A DNA stretch of 64,000 nucleotides. Origin: Sphaerodactylus townsendi. Its lineage: Eukaryota. The translations under genes and the position numbers were made by a program. The stretch covers positions 94,550,001 to 94,614,000 of the forward strand of contig NC_059430.1 in NCBI RefSeq assembly GCF_021028975.2, read 5' to 3'. The notes under the pieces are model-generated. The model was not told the DNA's origin and ran no database searches. It saw only the letters and a list, made by a program, of their open reading frames with translations. Every line of letters starts with the position of its first letter. Position 1 is the first letter of the stretch. Of the stretch, positions 12,470-25,520 are shown piece after piece.

Positions 12470-13852
12470 GAGCAGCAGTGGTGTAGTGGTGAAGAGCAGG
12501 TGTACTCTAATCTGGAGGAACTGGGTTTGATTCCCCGCTCTGCTGCTTGAGCTGTGGTGGTTTATCTGGGGAATTCAGATTAGCCTGTTGTAACGGATCG
12601 AAGCTTCTGGTAGAAAGGATTCCTGGTAGCTGTTTTCAGGAACCTTCCTTTTAATTAACTTTTCATTGCCACCATTTAATTCAGATAACTAGAGAACCCC
12701 ACACTGTTACTAGACACCAAGGCTTTAAAGATTCTCACCTCTCTCCCACTCTGACTTGAGGAGAAATTACTTCAGAGTCCCTTTAACTGTTTTGGAGGGA
12801 ACTCCTAATGGCTGGGGTTTCTAGCCAGTCACCCACTCTAAAGACACACACACACACAGACTCTCACAGGCACAAGGGAATTTGAACACCGTAATTGAAA
12901 TTTATTTTTAAAACAAAAGAAAGGCTTCTTTAAAACTGGCTCAGAGAAGTACTAAAGCTTGGCGGTTACAGAGAGGTTCTTTTCACTTAGGTTTCAGAGA
13001 CGTTGTTGGCACTTTAGTTTCACACAGACACATGCAGGTGTCTCTTCAGAGAAAGGTTTTACTTTAAAATATCAAACACCTTTACTGACAGACACTAGTC
13101 TTTTGCTGTACCTCACCCCACTGAATCAACACACACCCAGTCTATGCCCTGTGAGATTCTGGCATCCAAGCCTCCCTCTCCCACTGTCCCAAACTGGCCA
13201 AACTGCCACTGGACTGGACTGGGCCTCCCAAGACTGGTGTTGAACTGGGTAGGACAGACTCTAGGTCTGGACAGTCTCACTGTCAAGCCTCTGACTGGCA
13301 GGTCCCTTTCCACCAGCCTCAGGGCCTCCACCCTCTAGCAAGTCTCCTCAGCTCGTAGAGTTATCTGAATCTTGACAGTTAACACAGCTGAGTCAGAATC
13401 CTTCTCTCTCTCAACTGTCAGTTTCAGACCCCAAACTCTGACTGATCTTCAGTCTCGACTGCTCTCTGACAGACTCTGATTAGAACTGCCTCTAAGTGCT
13501 GTAAGCACACTAGCTCCCCCTAGCTTTGGCCAAACGTTATTGGACCTTTTCCAACCTATCAGGTGGGTTCTTTGCTTGTGGAGCCTTTTTCTTTACTCTG
13601 GCTGTTGCTAAGGCCTTCTTAACTAGGCCTGCTGTACGCCAGCCCTTCAGGGTGAGGCAAGTTTGTTACATTGTACGCTCTCAACACATGCCAGTTGGGT
13701 GACCTTAGGCTAGTCACAGTTCTTCTGAGCGCTCTCACCCCCACCTACCTCACAGAGTATTTGTTGTGGGGGGGAAGGGAAGGGAGTTTGTAAGCCCCTT
13801 TGAATCTCCTAAAGGAGAGAAAGGGGGATATAAATCCAACTCTTCTTCTTCT
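12470..13852 (+). mobile_element. tRNA-head SINE split by a solo LTR
   Basis: 5' half 12470-12588 (TGGTGTAGTGG...GGTTTGATTCCCC) and 3' half 13675-13852 ending CAACTCTTCTTCTT. Confidence 0.85.
12589..13670 (-). mobile_element. Solo LTR (1082 bp, Gypsy/ERV-type)
   Basis: TGTAAC...GTTACA inverted termini and 4-bp TSD CTGT/TTGT; interrupts a SINE. AATAAA (12901-12906) and CCAAT (13539-13543) are on the minus strand. Confidence 0.8.
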
Positions 13853-14447
13853 AAGGTAATGTTGACATTATCAAAACGCAAGGGTAAGTCATTCTATGAA
13901 GGATTGCATATATACTAAAGGTAGTATGTTCTTTCCCACATTCTTGATGTTACTGTGCAGCTGCAATCCAAAGAACAATATGTGTGCAGAAAGTGCTTCT
14001 GAAGGATCAGTTTAAGTATTTGCCACTATCCTGATTTAGTCTCTGTGTATCGCTAAAACCAACTCTCACCCAACATTCAAAGCTATATAACCCCTAGACC
14101 TGTTGTTCCCACAACAGGTCTTATACAGTAAAAGATGTCTCTGGAGAGAAGAACTAACTAAGGCTGCAAGAAGTCTTGGTCTATATTTAAAAGCTTCCGA
14201 CTCATTAAAATTTGAAGGACAACCCTCCCAACCGTTTCTGATTTGTGGGCTTGTATGGGATCCTTACAGCCAGCTTAGTTGTATATCAGTTACAAGTCCT
14301 TTGAAGAATTAAAAATTCACAAATACAATTGGCTGCACATCTGAAGCATATGAAGACTGAAATTCCATCTGCTTTGTAATGGGAAACAAGGTCATGAATT
14401 CTGAAAAAAAGATCAAATGAAAACTAAAATATTTGGAGAACACTTAC

Positions 14448-14571
14448 CAATGTGCAGCGAAAGGTCGACAAAGATCTACATGAAAGTTCTTGAGATCTTT
14501 AAATCTAATTGCTGCTTCAATATAAACAAATAGTATCCACAGCGATACTGTAGGTAAACATACTCCCCTCT
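14448..14571 (-). CDS. MACO1: Macoilin coding exon 4 (ERGVCLPTVSLWILFVYIEAAIRFKDLKNFHVDLCRPFAAH)
   Basis: CAG acceptor, TG|GTAAG donor, 124 nt, phase-compatible; part of ORF 14444..14650. Confidence 0.97.
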
Positions 14572-15899
14572 CTGTTAGCAACAAAAGAAAGCCAAATATC
14601 ATTAACATATAAAAAGAAACCAGAATTCCTAGGATCATGTTTTCAGACATTAAGAGATCAACAGAACTTTGTTATGACACATCTAGAACTAAGCTAAAAT
14701 AAGATGCCCTTTCTAAAATACATTTTAAAACTTGTACATTTGGTCTTGTGTTCAACAGATTCTGAGTTATGTAGAGACAGCAGTTCATTCACCTTAAAAT
14801 ATTTATTTCCTGCCATTTGTGACTTAACAACTCATTAAAACAGATTAGCACTTTATTATGAATAAATAAAATTTTAAAATACAACCACATCAAAATTAGA
14901 CAGAAAGTCTATTAAAAAAGAACACCACAGTTATCCATTCAAAATAAAGTTAAACAACTCAGACTCCTGCTGAAACCAACCAACCAATCAGCTTCTTGAA
15001 TTGCATCAGTGAGGAGGAGGCCATATAGGCCTTTCTCAGGAGGGTGTCCTACAAATTTGGTGTCACATTAAGGAACATTTATTATGTTCCCAAAGCACAG
15101 CTGGTGGATACACACAGCAGGGCTACTAACGATAGCACATGAAAAGTCACATGAAAGGAACAGATACTTTAATTATGGCAAACTGTACCTACCCACTACT
15201 ATTCCTATTCTGCACATCCCTCAAAAAGATTGGACTTGAGTTACGTACGTCCACTGAAGTAGTTGGGCACAGAGGGGTTAGGACTGTACTATATTTAGGA
15301 CTGTACTGATAATCACTCATGCATCCTTCCTAAATCTAGAATTCAGTCACCTGACAGGCATGAGATGGTACATCATTGTTACTGAGACAGAACCCAAAGT
15401 CCAGAAACCCTCCTCAGGCAAGCTGCATTTTCTCAGCCCCATTCCACTTTCTGCAATATGGGAGCAACGATACAGTCTTGTATTTCAGGACTACAGAAGA
15501 GTGCTTTGGCACTTGGAAACACCAAAGAAAGCCTAAATATTATTATAAATTACTTTGAACCACAGCCACCGGATCTGAATATACTTCACTGTACACAAAA
15601 AGTGAACTTTTGCTAAATTCAAACATGTTTTGCAATAAGGCAACTTGAAAGAAGGGGAAGTGGTCTGAGAAAGGGCAGAGAAAGACATGAGAAAGAATAA
15701 ACTCTGGCTTGATTAATGCTTCCATTATTGAAACCTACTTTAAACCCATGGTCTCAGGCTCAGTTTGCTCATACTTGGTAGGAATGGGGAATCAAAACAC
15801 ACGAAGGGAGCAAGGAGCCACATGGAAGCAGTTCCCATATTACAGTGGCTAGTCTCCTTTAGTGGGATTCTTCCTTTCACACATTGGCTTGGTTTAGAT

Positions 15900-16000
15900 C
15901 AGGGGTCTGCAAACTGCGGCTCTCCAGATGTTCATGGACTATGAATCCCATCAGCCCCTGCCAGCATGGCCAATTGGAGAGCCGCAGGTTACATTCCTGA
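15900..16000. mobile_element. Internally deleted palindromic hAT MITE
   Basis: CAGGGGTCTGCAAACTGCGGCTCTCCAGATGTTCATGGACTA...GGCCAATTGG; same family as 44149-44296. Confidence 0.75.
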
Positions 16001-17297
16001 TTTTCCAAAACACCCTAATAACATTTGGCTACAGGAATCACAGACTTGAGGCAAGGACATTATTCCTTGCCGTCTGATCAACCCAGCTGGGACCGAGGGA
16101 GCTGACTGGGCAATAAAGGATAGTCCCACTGGCCCTGCCGATACTGAAAAACAAATCCACCAAAAATCTGCTCAGACTGATGTGTGAGTCACTTGTGGCA
16201 CATTTGTGGCCAGAAAGAACCAAAAATACTTCCAATTTATAAAGTTTCCTGGTAAAACCTTTTGGAGATTGTTCTTTCTTTTTTTTAAAAAAGGAAGAAA
16301 GAAACAGCAGCTCCATGGGCAAAGAGGTCAGTGCCTATTTTCAAGCCAGGTCTTGTGAACATGGTTCCTCCATACAAACATTACACTGTTGCCTGAAAAA
16401 AAACAACTAGAGGAAAGAGGCTTTCATGCTGCTGGAAATGCACAAATTATCCCTGTGGGAAAGTGTTGATTTTGTCAACAAATTATTTCCAGAATTAAAA
16501 ATCCACAATGTTTGTTGTTATTCTGGAGATTCTTTACACACCAGTAGTTTTCAAACTGTTCCTTGTGTATTCCCAATGAGAAAAGTAGCCAATAAGATTC
16601 CACAGAAGACAACCTGCCCACCACTACAGTTCCCCCTGAAACATGTTTGAGGCCTCACTTTATTTTGCAGAGGACAACTGCAAAGCCTGGCTCACATTCA
16701 ACATGAACCAAATTATCTGCTGTAAGTCAAAGTAAGCTAGTCAGAGTTTCAGACATAATTTGTTTTCTTCTAAAGCCGTTGTGGAACTGGGGTGGAGGGC
16801 ATCAACTTTTCCCTCCACACGCACCATTTCTGCCCTTTTCCCCATGCAGATATTTTCCAGTGGGAAAACAAAACAACTTGCCAGTCTTTTTTTTCTAAAG
16901 GAGCTTATGTGGGAAATGTCCAGGGAAGAGAAGATAATAGCCCCTGCCTGAAAACCTACTGCACCTTTAGTAGTCACTGCAGACATTTAAAAAATGTGGA
17001 GATCAGAATAGATCTTCAGCACCTCATCAAGCTGTGCCGTTAGTCAAGATACAGCGCCAGCCAAGAGATCATGAGTTCAGTATATATCAGCAAGCCATTA
17101 AAGGTATTGTATTTGTATTTGTATTTGTATCAGCAAGTTAAGAATATTTTAAGACTTTTTGGGCTCTCCTTCAAACTCCAACCACAGGAAGATGCTAGTC
17201 TAAAACACAGTTTTTGCAAAAATAAACAAACATACATATTTGACATGCTGTCCAACATTAACATTTATAAAGTACAATAGCAAATGAGATCACCTAC

Positions 17298-17424
17298 CTG
17301 TATGCCAAACATACTGTACCCAAACATATGTGCTGGCAGCAAAAAACAGCCACTGTATCGGTATGAAGAGTAGGCATATAATATTGGATGTGAATGCTAC
17401 GCAAACGAAAAATACTGAAAAGGC
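17298..17424 (-). CDS. MACO1: Macoilin coding exon 3 (AFSVFFVCVAFTSNIICLLFIPIQWLFFAASTYVWVQYVWHT)
   Basis: TAG acceptor, G|GTAGG donor, 127 nt. Hydrophobic TM segment. Not in the ORF track; translated by hand. Confidence 0.96.
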
Positions 17425-17829
17425 CTAAAAGAAAAAGGGGGGAAATGGGGAGGCGGGGAGAGCATGTTACATTTTAACACATTCAAAAAAAGTTTAAATG
17501 ATGCAGCACTGAAACGATCTTTTATTTAAGTTTTTCAAAATGTCTCACATTTCTAAAGTAACCTTATGAATTAAAACACAGTAGCTAAACCATATTTCTA
17601 TTAGTATTATGTTAAAAAAGTTTTCTTTTAGAAAAGTAAAGATTGGTTATGGATTAAGATCTGTCATTCCCTCTTAACTTTTTTACAAAGAGAGTCAATG
17701 AGTTCCAGCGGTTTGAATACTTATTTCAGGGATACTATATGTATCTATCACCACAATGGTTACCAGTACACTGATACTTCTAACAGGAAAAAGAAAAAAA
17801 GAAATAAGGTAGTTGTCTGTTCTACATAC

Positions 17830-17971
17830 CAGTCCCTGGTATCTGAAGGAATCATAAACGCTCCTGATGAAAAGCCAGAATGGCCAAAGATATTCAAATC
17901 TGAAGTCCAACACAAAATCGGCCAGCAGGACAAGGGCCCAGACTACCAGGAATTTCAGGTACAAAAAAGTA
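17830..17971 (-). CDS. MACO1: Macoilin coding exon 2 (STFLYLKFLVVWALVLLADFVLDFRFEYLWPFWLFIRSVYDSFRYQGL)
   Basis: Pyrimidine tract + CAG acceptor, GTATGT donor, 142 nt. Frame continues from exon 1; part of ORF 17695..18009. Confidence 0.97.
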
Positions 17972-19875
17972 CTGTGGAGAGGAAAGAAAAGCAAAACATT
18001 TATATACACAACTACTTCATATAAATATTCAAACCACCTGCTACCTCAAGATACATCCCTAGAATTTCCAGTAAAAAGAATCTGGAACCTTCTTCAGACA
18101 AAGCATGTACTCTGCCACTGAACCCCCCACACCTTTGTGAACAGCAAAGCAGCCAAACGCCACACTTTCCCTTATTCAGAATAAATATATGGAGATAACC
18201 CTACTATATAAAGAAGGATGTATATTGAAAATGACACTGAATAAGTACTGAAGCATGCTGACTTAAAGTTACACACACTAGAGTTCGCATGTTTTGTTAC
18301 TTTCCCCTTAGAGAAAATGCATATTTATACAGATGCCATAGACTTCTGCAGCTTTTTCAATATGATTGTGCCATTACTTTTCTCTAGAGAACTGAAGTTC
18401 AGCTAGCAGCTCTTTCCTTGTGTAAGGAAGTGCATTATTATGATTACAGACTTTTAGTTACAGTCTTCTAGAATCTGTTAGCAATGCTCACATAGTGCAC
18501 GATTTGCACAAGCAAAGACTGCAAAAGTTCATCCTGACATAAACATGATGAGAAACATATAAGTGTCTATGTACCATATCTGAATGCAGTTACTTTAAAA
18601 ATTCAAAACTCTTATCAGAAAGCCAAGTTAGTGCAAAGTATGCAGCTGAACTAATTTATAGCATCTGAGTGAGTGATTAAAAGTGTACTATTAAAATTCA
18701 GTAACAATTCTCTCTCAAATGAAACAAAAGTAGCCAAATAACAGCAAGTGATTTATTCTTCGCAGAAGCTAACATTTAGCCTACCAGCAGGGCTGCAGCT
18801 ACCATCACAATGTCATCAGGTGTATTCACTGGGCATGCTTTTTAATTAGCAAATGACTAAACTCACAGGGCTTTCGTGAACTTCATACTGTCAGGTATCT
18901 ATGAGAAGAACTGTTTCAAACAGTTCCATGATGATATTGCAAAGTGAAACAGTCCAAACACATGTAGACATGATTCGAATGGGAGGATATTGTTTTAATG
19001 CCTGTGTAGGGGTCAACTGATCTGCTCCTACCACAGCAGCAGATAGAATCAAATGTCTTGTGTGGCAGCTCCACTGATGCCAGCTACACAACTGCTCTGG
19101 GATCATCAGCTCAGAGGAACTCTTTCTCCATCACATTCAGAGGAACTCGTCATTCCTAATATGTAGAAGGAAGTTTTGTTCTTGTCAAATTCAGTGCTGC
19201 TTATATATTCTTCTTTATGTTTTCCTCTCTCATACTGTCTCCTCCTCCAGACTGTTATGTGATCCTTTTTTTTACTGCAAGCCCTTTAAGAGATTTAGAT
19301 TCAAACCAATAGCGGAACTATTAGCCATTCTGACAGCCTCAAGACACAGGGACAGAAGGATATATAGCCAAATAAACACATTTATAGTCAATCACAGCAT
19401 CACTAGTAGTAAGGAATTATACAGGAAAATACACACAGTCTGTAAAGGATGACAACAGATATACGTGTAGCCTGTTTTCTGCAATCCTATTTCACAACCT
19501 CAATAAGTGGATGGATGAATGTATTACAGTGAGATTTATGTTATTTTTCTGTGCTTTTCCAATAGGCAAGTTAGACAACAAAGAAACATATGAGGTATAA
19601 ATCCAAGAGCAAGCTTTTTAATGCAAAAATCATAAGACGCTGATGCACATATTACCACTGTCACAATCCTTGCTAGGACTGTGAATAGTTTGTGTCTTAA
19701 AAGTTCTCTAAATGCTGCTAGTGCATCTTTTTAAAATGGTCATATGATAATGAAAAGCAGGCTGCATTGGATACAAAATGGTTATTCATAAATCTGAGCA
19801 GCTCTCCAGGAGTATTTGACTGCCAATACACAACAGAAGGTACTTCTTCCCTTTGCAAGAATAAAGACACCACAC

Positions 19876-21494
19876 CAGGTGCGAATCTAGGCAAACTGGA
19901 GCCCGGGGACAAAATCTGAGTTTGGTGCCCCCCCACCCCCACCCCCACCCCAGGTATGGACGACCACCCTCCCCCACAATGACCAAACAATGATTTTTTG
20001 CACCAGCTCACAAAACACCTCCCACCACCAGCAAAACATACATGGCTTTCTCCCCACCAACTCTCTTTCCTAATTGCGTCCTCACACCAACCCTATGAGG
20101 TAGGTTGTTGTTAGCCTCAAGAAAGTGAGCTCCGAAGCCAGTGCGTGAAGTGGGGAGATTAGCACTTTTAAGCATGTAAAATCTCTCACAAGTCACCCCC
20201 CCCATCTGAGAAGGTTTCTTACCAAGCAAACATCAGCATCATCTCTCACAAATCACCTCCTACCCCCAGCAAAACAGGCATGGCTCCCTCCCCACCACTT
20301 TCCTAATTGTGTCCTCACACCAACCCTGTGAGGTAGGCTGCTAGCCGGAGAAACAGCTCCAAGCCAGTGCGAGGGGAATTGACTTTTAAGCATGTAAATC
20401 TCTCACAAGTCACCCCACATCTGAAGGTTTACCAAACAAACATCAGCATCATCTCTCACAAATCACCTCCTACCCCCAGCAAAACAAGCATGGCTCCCCC
20501 CCACCACTTTCCTAATTGTGTGCTCACACCAAATCCTGTGAGGTAGTTGCTAGCCTGAGAAACAGCTCCAACCAGTGCGCGAAATTCCACTTTTCAGCTT
20601 TCAGGAATCTCTCACAAGTCACCCTTCCACACTGGAAGGCTTCTTACCAAACAAACATCAGCATCCTCTCTCACAAATCACCTCCTACCCCCAGCAAAAC
20701 AAGCATGGCTCCCCCCCACCACTTTCCTAATTGTGTGCTCACACCAACCCTGTGAGGTAGGCTGCTAGCCTGAGAAACAGCTCCGAACCAGTGCGAGGGG
20801 AATTCACTTTTCAGCTTGTAAATCTCTCACAAGTCACCCCACATCGGAAGGTTTACCAAACAAACATCAGCATCCTCTCTCACAAATCACCTCCTACCCC
20901 CAGCAAAACAAGCATGGCTCCCTCCCCACCACTTTCCTATTTGTGTCCTCACACCAACCCTGTGAGGTAGGCTGCTAGCCTGAGAAACAGCTCCAAGCCA
21001 GTGCAAGGGGAATTAACTTTTAAGCATGCAAATCTCTCACAAGTCACGCCCATCTGAAGGTTTACCAAGCAAACGTCAGCATCATCTTCAGTTCTGCTGC
21101 TGCTTCTGGGCTCCCTGCTCAGCTTGCCTTTTCCTGTGCCTGGGAAGTGCTGCCTTCTGCTACACGAGAAAGTTTCTCCCGAGAAAGTAACGCTACACTT
21201 AATTTAAGGCGAATAAGGCACGCTGGGTCAGAGGGAGGGGAGGCGGAGCTCTCCAGTCCTGCTCCTGGGAGCCCAGTGGGACTTCTCCCCCGCCCCCTGG
21301 ACACTCCAGGCCACCGTACAGAGTGGGCGGGGCCACAGCAGGCACTGGGATTAGTCGGCTGCTTCAGTGCCTGCTTTCTAGGGCTTGCTCAATCCCTCGC
21401 TGTGTAGGAGGATGTTTTGGCGCCCCCCACGTGACCTCAATCGATGCGCCCGGGGACAAGGGGTACCCCATGTCCCTAGGCAGGAACGCCAGTG
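19876..21494. mobile_element. 1.6-kb non-autonomous hAT-type element containing a tandem array
   Basis: Perfect 8-bp TSD CACCACAC (19868-19875, 21495-21502); imperfect TIRs CAGGTGCGAATCT / CACTGGCGTTCCT; subterminal GCCCGGGGACAA at both ends. Confidence 0.8.
20005..21088. repeat. Tandem repeat, ~210-bp unit, ~5 copies
   Basis: CATCAGCATC recurs at 20231, 20441, 20656 and 20865, with a variant at ~21074. Confidence 0.95.
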
Positions 21495-21899
21495 CACCAC
21501 ACTCACTCACTAGTTACTCCAAGTTTCTGAAATTTATTTCAGTGGAAGAGTAAACACATTACACTATACAGGTTGTTACAGCAACAAAATAAAATCAAGA
21601 CAGCTATCAGACAGCCAGAAATCAAATAAGAGTCATCCTGAACTCAAACACTGACAACCACTCATAAAGAGAGCATGTGCAACAGTATTTTGCTTTTCAA
21701 CAGCTCTGGGTCTCAGTACAATTTCTAAAAAGCCATTTGCTGGAGGCAAAATGCAAAGTTTACATATCCAAATGGAAACAAGTTTATTGGCACCATTTAG
21801 GCAGCTTATGTAATCATGTATGGAGATTTTCTTCCACAAAGGTAGCCTGATTTTTGGGGCTCAGCTTCCATTTGCATACTTGGATGGAAAGTCTCCACC

Positions 21900-22570
21900 C
21901 ACGTGAATATTTAAAATACGTATATGTCGCACTTTTGGCAAGGCAGCTCTGAGGTGGCTTCTAATTCATAGTAATTAAAACAGAGTCAGCAAACAAAACA
22001 TATAATAAAGTAAAGGCTAAGAGCTTTCAAATCGCTAAAATCAACCACATAAAAAGATCAGCAGCAACGGCAAGTTAGCAGCAATAGCTATAAAACCACT
22101 AAGACCACTTGTAAGGCAACAGAAGGGTGATATCAGCATTAACACCTTAAAAGCATCATCAAAATAAAAAGAAAGCCATCTGGCACCTAAAGCTCAATAT
22201 TTTTTATTGTAGCAGGAAGGCAGTTCCATACTCAAGGCTCCACACCAGAAACAGTCCCATGCCTGGTAGCTCCTCAACTTACTTCAGAAGTTGGCAGGCA
22301 GCTGGATTTTGGGAGCAGTCCGTTTCTTAAATACTTTGTACAGCCCTAACTTTCTGAGACCAGGGTGAGAAACAGCCTTCCATTTGTGCCTGAAACGAAG
22401 TGGCAGCCAATACAGGTCTTTCATTAGTTGGTGAGACCACAAATGGCTCGGGTTAGCTATCTCAGTGCTGCATTTTGAACTAGTTGAGGTTCCTAAAGTC
22501 TTCAAACAGTTGTAGTCATAAGTAGGTGAGAAGGTATTTGGAAAATAGAGAGCTAGGAGTCTTACAAAGG
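21900..22570 (-). mobile_element. Degenerate L2-like LINE 3' fragment
   Basis: Minus peptide ...MKDLYWLPLRFR (L2 LHWLP motif) and an L2-like 3' tail near 21900-21970. Confidence 0.55.
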
Positions 22571-25374
22571 GAGAAGACTCTGGTCTGTGCAGTCTTAATA
22601 TTCCCAGTCTCTTGACCTCAGCTGTGCTACAAGTGAGTGCTACAAGCTGGCACATTTCCTCATGCCCTGTACAAACTGCTTCCATCCTTCTATGGCTTGC
22701 ATCAAGCATTACATGTGCAAGAATGCTATGCTAATAATGCTAAAAGCAATTCCCCATGTACTCAGACCCTGAAGCTGGGGCTTGAAGTAAATTTCAAAAT
22801 CTAGTTACAAGAACAGTTCTGGTTACCACTGATGAAAATGCTACATTACACAATGGTTAAAACAACCAAACAGAGGGATGGGGGGATTTCTGTAGAAGAG
22901 GGGAGGCAGGAGGAAGAAAATACACAGTCCTGTGGTTTGCTCTCAATATGCTACCTATGGTGAGGGCCTAGGAGATGCGTAATGTTCTCCCAACAAAGTT
23001 AAGCCTTTGTTTCTTCTTCCATTCTACAGTAGTAAATACAGCAACGTAGGCAGAAAAAAGGGGAAAAAAGAATATTAACAATGAAAGACAGAAGGAAATT
23101 AAGGGAACATGTCAATTACAACAATGGAACAGGGAAGGGGGGAAGCCTATACCTACTGAAATGTAGTATAGCAATAGCTAGGTTAGCTGAAGTTTTTAAA
23201 AAAGAGCTCGAATGACAACACAGAAAAGGCATTTCTGTGATTAGAACATTTGGGGTGGATTCACGGAATGGTGCCCAGCTGCTTTTCACAGCATTAAAAA
23301 AGAGTCGCTATATTAAGAACTGGTTCCCTTAGCTACAAAAATGGAGAGCGTTTGGACAACTGATTCAATTCATTTGCAGATTTTGCATAACTTTATTATA
23401 GGCTCTGATCATAAAACCCACCTGATCAGATTTGAAAGTCCTTTTCCTTTTGTAGGCAGCCATTCCTGTCACCCAAATCAATCACGCTAACCTGAAAACC
23501 TGCCCCACATGCCAACTGTTATAGTAGGGATGGGGCAATGATGTCTTTTCTTGCTGGAAAACTCCCTTAGACCAAGGGGTTCCTGGAACACAGTCACCCA
23601 CTGCCACTACTTAGGAACTCCTGACAACTTCTATCTAGACTGACTAGCTGTACTATTGCGCATTAACAGAATAACAAAAAAGTGCAGTGCTGGCATAACA
23701 ACAAAGTGACAGACTATAAACATTGAAAAAAACTTATAATCAATCTTATAGCACTCGTGCAGTTTAGCATGAGGGGAAGAAATTAAGAGAAATATCCCAG
23801 ATAAACAAATGTCTTTTTAAAAAAGTTTATTATAAAAGAGAGAAAGGGGGGGGGGGGGAGTTGTTGGATTCCAAAAGAAATAGAAAAAGAGGGGGGGGGG
23901 GGACAGAGAAAGGCACAACAACAACAACAACAACAACACAACCACATTCACATGAAAAGAGATACCATCAAACTAGGTAAGCTAAACACACATTACCCAA
24001 GCTGTATTATGTTCTTCAGAGAATATGCAGATATCCCTGAGGGAACCAGAGGTTGAAGAGGTTAACTCCAGTCCAACCTCTCATGCACTTTGGAGGCACT
24101 GTGATCAGCCAACACTTTACGCTGCATGCCTTGCCTAAACTTTCAGGATTTTAGGACAACAGAAGTTCTGAGTAAAGCCACACAGAGCCTCAATGAATGC
24201 AGCAACAACAAGCTTGGACTTTAAACCCCAAAACTTCAGCATAACAGAAATAAGAGTTACAATGTTATTGAGTATACTCCAGTGAACATAATTTTATTGT
24301 GTACATTCCCACTGCATCTGCAGACTAATCTGCAGTTCCCATAAAAAATACAGGTGTGTAAAAGAACTAAATTAGGTGCTGTGACTAAATTAGTTACTGT
24401 AGGAAGAACATTAAAAAGAACCTCCTCTTCCTGATAACAGAACTAGAGTTTGAGAACATCCAGTGAAATTGACTGGCAGTGGGTTCAAGTCAGGCTTAAG
24501 AGAAGTCTCCATCAGATATCTGCAGCCACAAGATACTACAATGATTGTTTTTAAAGATCAGGCCAGTAATGGCAAACTTTTTGGGCTCAGCGTGTCAAAA
24601 TTAGGAAAAATACCGAACTTGACTCTGCTGGCGTGACGCCCCCCTCCCCCAAAAACAAGAGAAACTACATATTTATTTATACTTGTAAAATACAGTCAAA
24701 CCACATGTAGTACTACGTATTATATAAAGAAATATCAAACAATTACAAAAATGACTCAAAAACTTAAGCCTTAAAAACGATTATTGGAATTTAATATGAA
24801 ATGATGAACTTTTCTTTGCTACTTTAAACTTCAGGAGTAACAGCTAAAAACTGTATCCAGGAACAGATAGGTTTGATTTATTGGACTTCAGGTCTACAAA
24901 ATCTTCCTGGTTATATCTCAGCTGTATTAATGCTGTATATACTGTACAAGAAGATATGCATGGTTTGTACTTTTTTGCACAGTTCATGATTGTACATCAA
25001 TAAATATTTGCACAAGGGCTTTAAGCCTTATTTTCATAGGCGATGAGGGTATGGTGGGTTTTTTTTTGTTTGTTTCAAGTAGCCTACTGCACTGTACCTA
25101 TGAGTTACTGAGGATAAACTGAGAGCCCTTATGCCAGAAAGTTCTGGTTGGCTGCTTCTTTCACTAGATATTTGACTGGTTCCACAAGACAGTTCATATG
25201 GAAGTGAAATTTTCTATGCTGGTTTAAAAGGGAAATTTCTAAATACTTACATGGTGAGCATTGTCTCCAAACAATGACTTTTGACATAGCAGATGTCAGA
25301 ATAAAAAGACCATGTAGATATGCTTAAAAAGACAGTGAAACATCTAGCAATTGTCATCTGTTGTATTCAGACTC

Positions 25375-25520
25375 TGGATACTTTCACATACATGGAATAA
25401 TGCATTTCCAATGCACTTTGCAACTGTGGATTTTCAGCTGTTTGAATTGGCAAAATCCACTTGCAAACAATTGTTAAAGTGCATTGAAAGTGCATTATTC
25501 AGTGTGCGTGGAAGCAGCAA
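25375..25520. mobile_element. Degenerate palindromic Harbinger-like MITE
   Basis: GAATAATGCA...TGCATTATTC arms; homologous to 46673-46823. Confidence 0.65.

Noticed and set aside
18544-18583. C/D-box snoRNA (ATGATGA...CTGA)
   Set aside because: Only ~40 nt, no terminal stem, and antisense to the host transcript.
20005-21088. CRISPR-like array
   Set aside because: Units are contiguous ~210-bp repeats without unique spacers, there are no cas genes, and the context is a vertebrate intron.
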